A stretch of DNA of 33,000 bases from Dicyema japonicum (taxonomy: Eukaryota > Animalia > Dicyemida). Shown piece by piece: positions 32,882 to 33,000 of this stretch (position 1 is the first letter of the stretch; each line of letters opens with the position of its first letter). The stretch covers positions 341,001-374,000 of the forward strand of contig RDEW01000003.1 of the NCBI GenBank assembly GCA_011109175.1, written 5' to 3'. The notes below the pieces were generated by a model. The model saw only the letters and a program-made list of their open reading frames with translations, did no database searches and was not told where the DNA came from. The position numbers and the translations under genes were made by a program.

Positions 32882-33000
32882 TAAAAACAAGCTAACTAAT
32901 TCCTTGATCCTGATGAGCCTTCACCCAAGAACAGTGATTCAGAGGACCTTGTCCGGAGAGCTGAGGTCGATTCTAGAACTCGTCGCAAGGAAACGTAATT
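32882..33000 (+). repeat. Coding-like repeat (copy of 13665-13795), truncated by the window end
   Basis: Open frame NKLTNSLILMSLHPRTVIQRTLSGELRSILELVARKRN. Confidence 0.7.

Noticed and set aside
32915-32945. Minus-strand LFLGEGS resembling the L methyltransferase GxGxG motif
   Set aside because: Substitutions between this copy and 13665-13795 are synonymous in a plus-strand frame, so the minus reading is probably coincidental.

Overview
Eukaryotic (animal) genomic DNA from a compact-gene, AT-rich genome with tiny spliceosomal introns: 22 inferred introns, all 21-27 nt. This architecture suggests a reduced parasite such as a myxozoan or dicyemid (inference only). Host genes supported by the sequence are a tRNA-Sec (1051-1137), an intronless BTG/Tob gene, ZGPAT, a TMC channel, a Snail-family zinc-finger gene and the meiotic double-strand-break factor REC114, which has one apparent GA-AG intron. 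The intergenic DNA contains fragments of non-LTR retrotransposons (RTE-like, CRE-like REL elements, other LINE RTs) and tRNA-derived SINEs. The most striking content is about 15 degraded, mutually divergent fragments that I read as negative-strand RNA virus (Mononegavirales-like) L polymerase genes. Together they cover motifs from block I through the RdRp core to the capping domain, are shuffled in order, lie mostly on the + strand and often abut retroelement pieces. All homology calls come from manual translation and motif recognition, not database searches. Boundaries of degraded elements are approximate.
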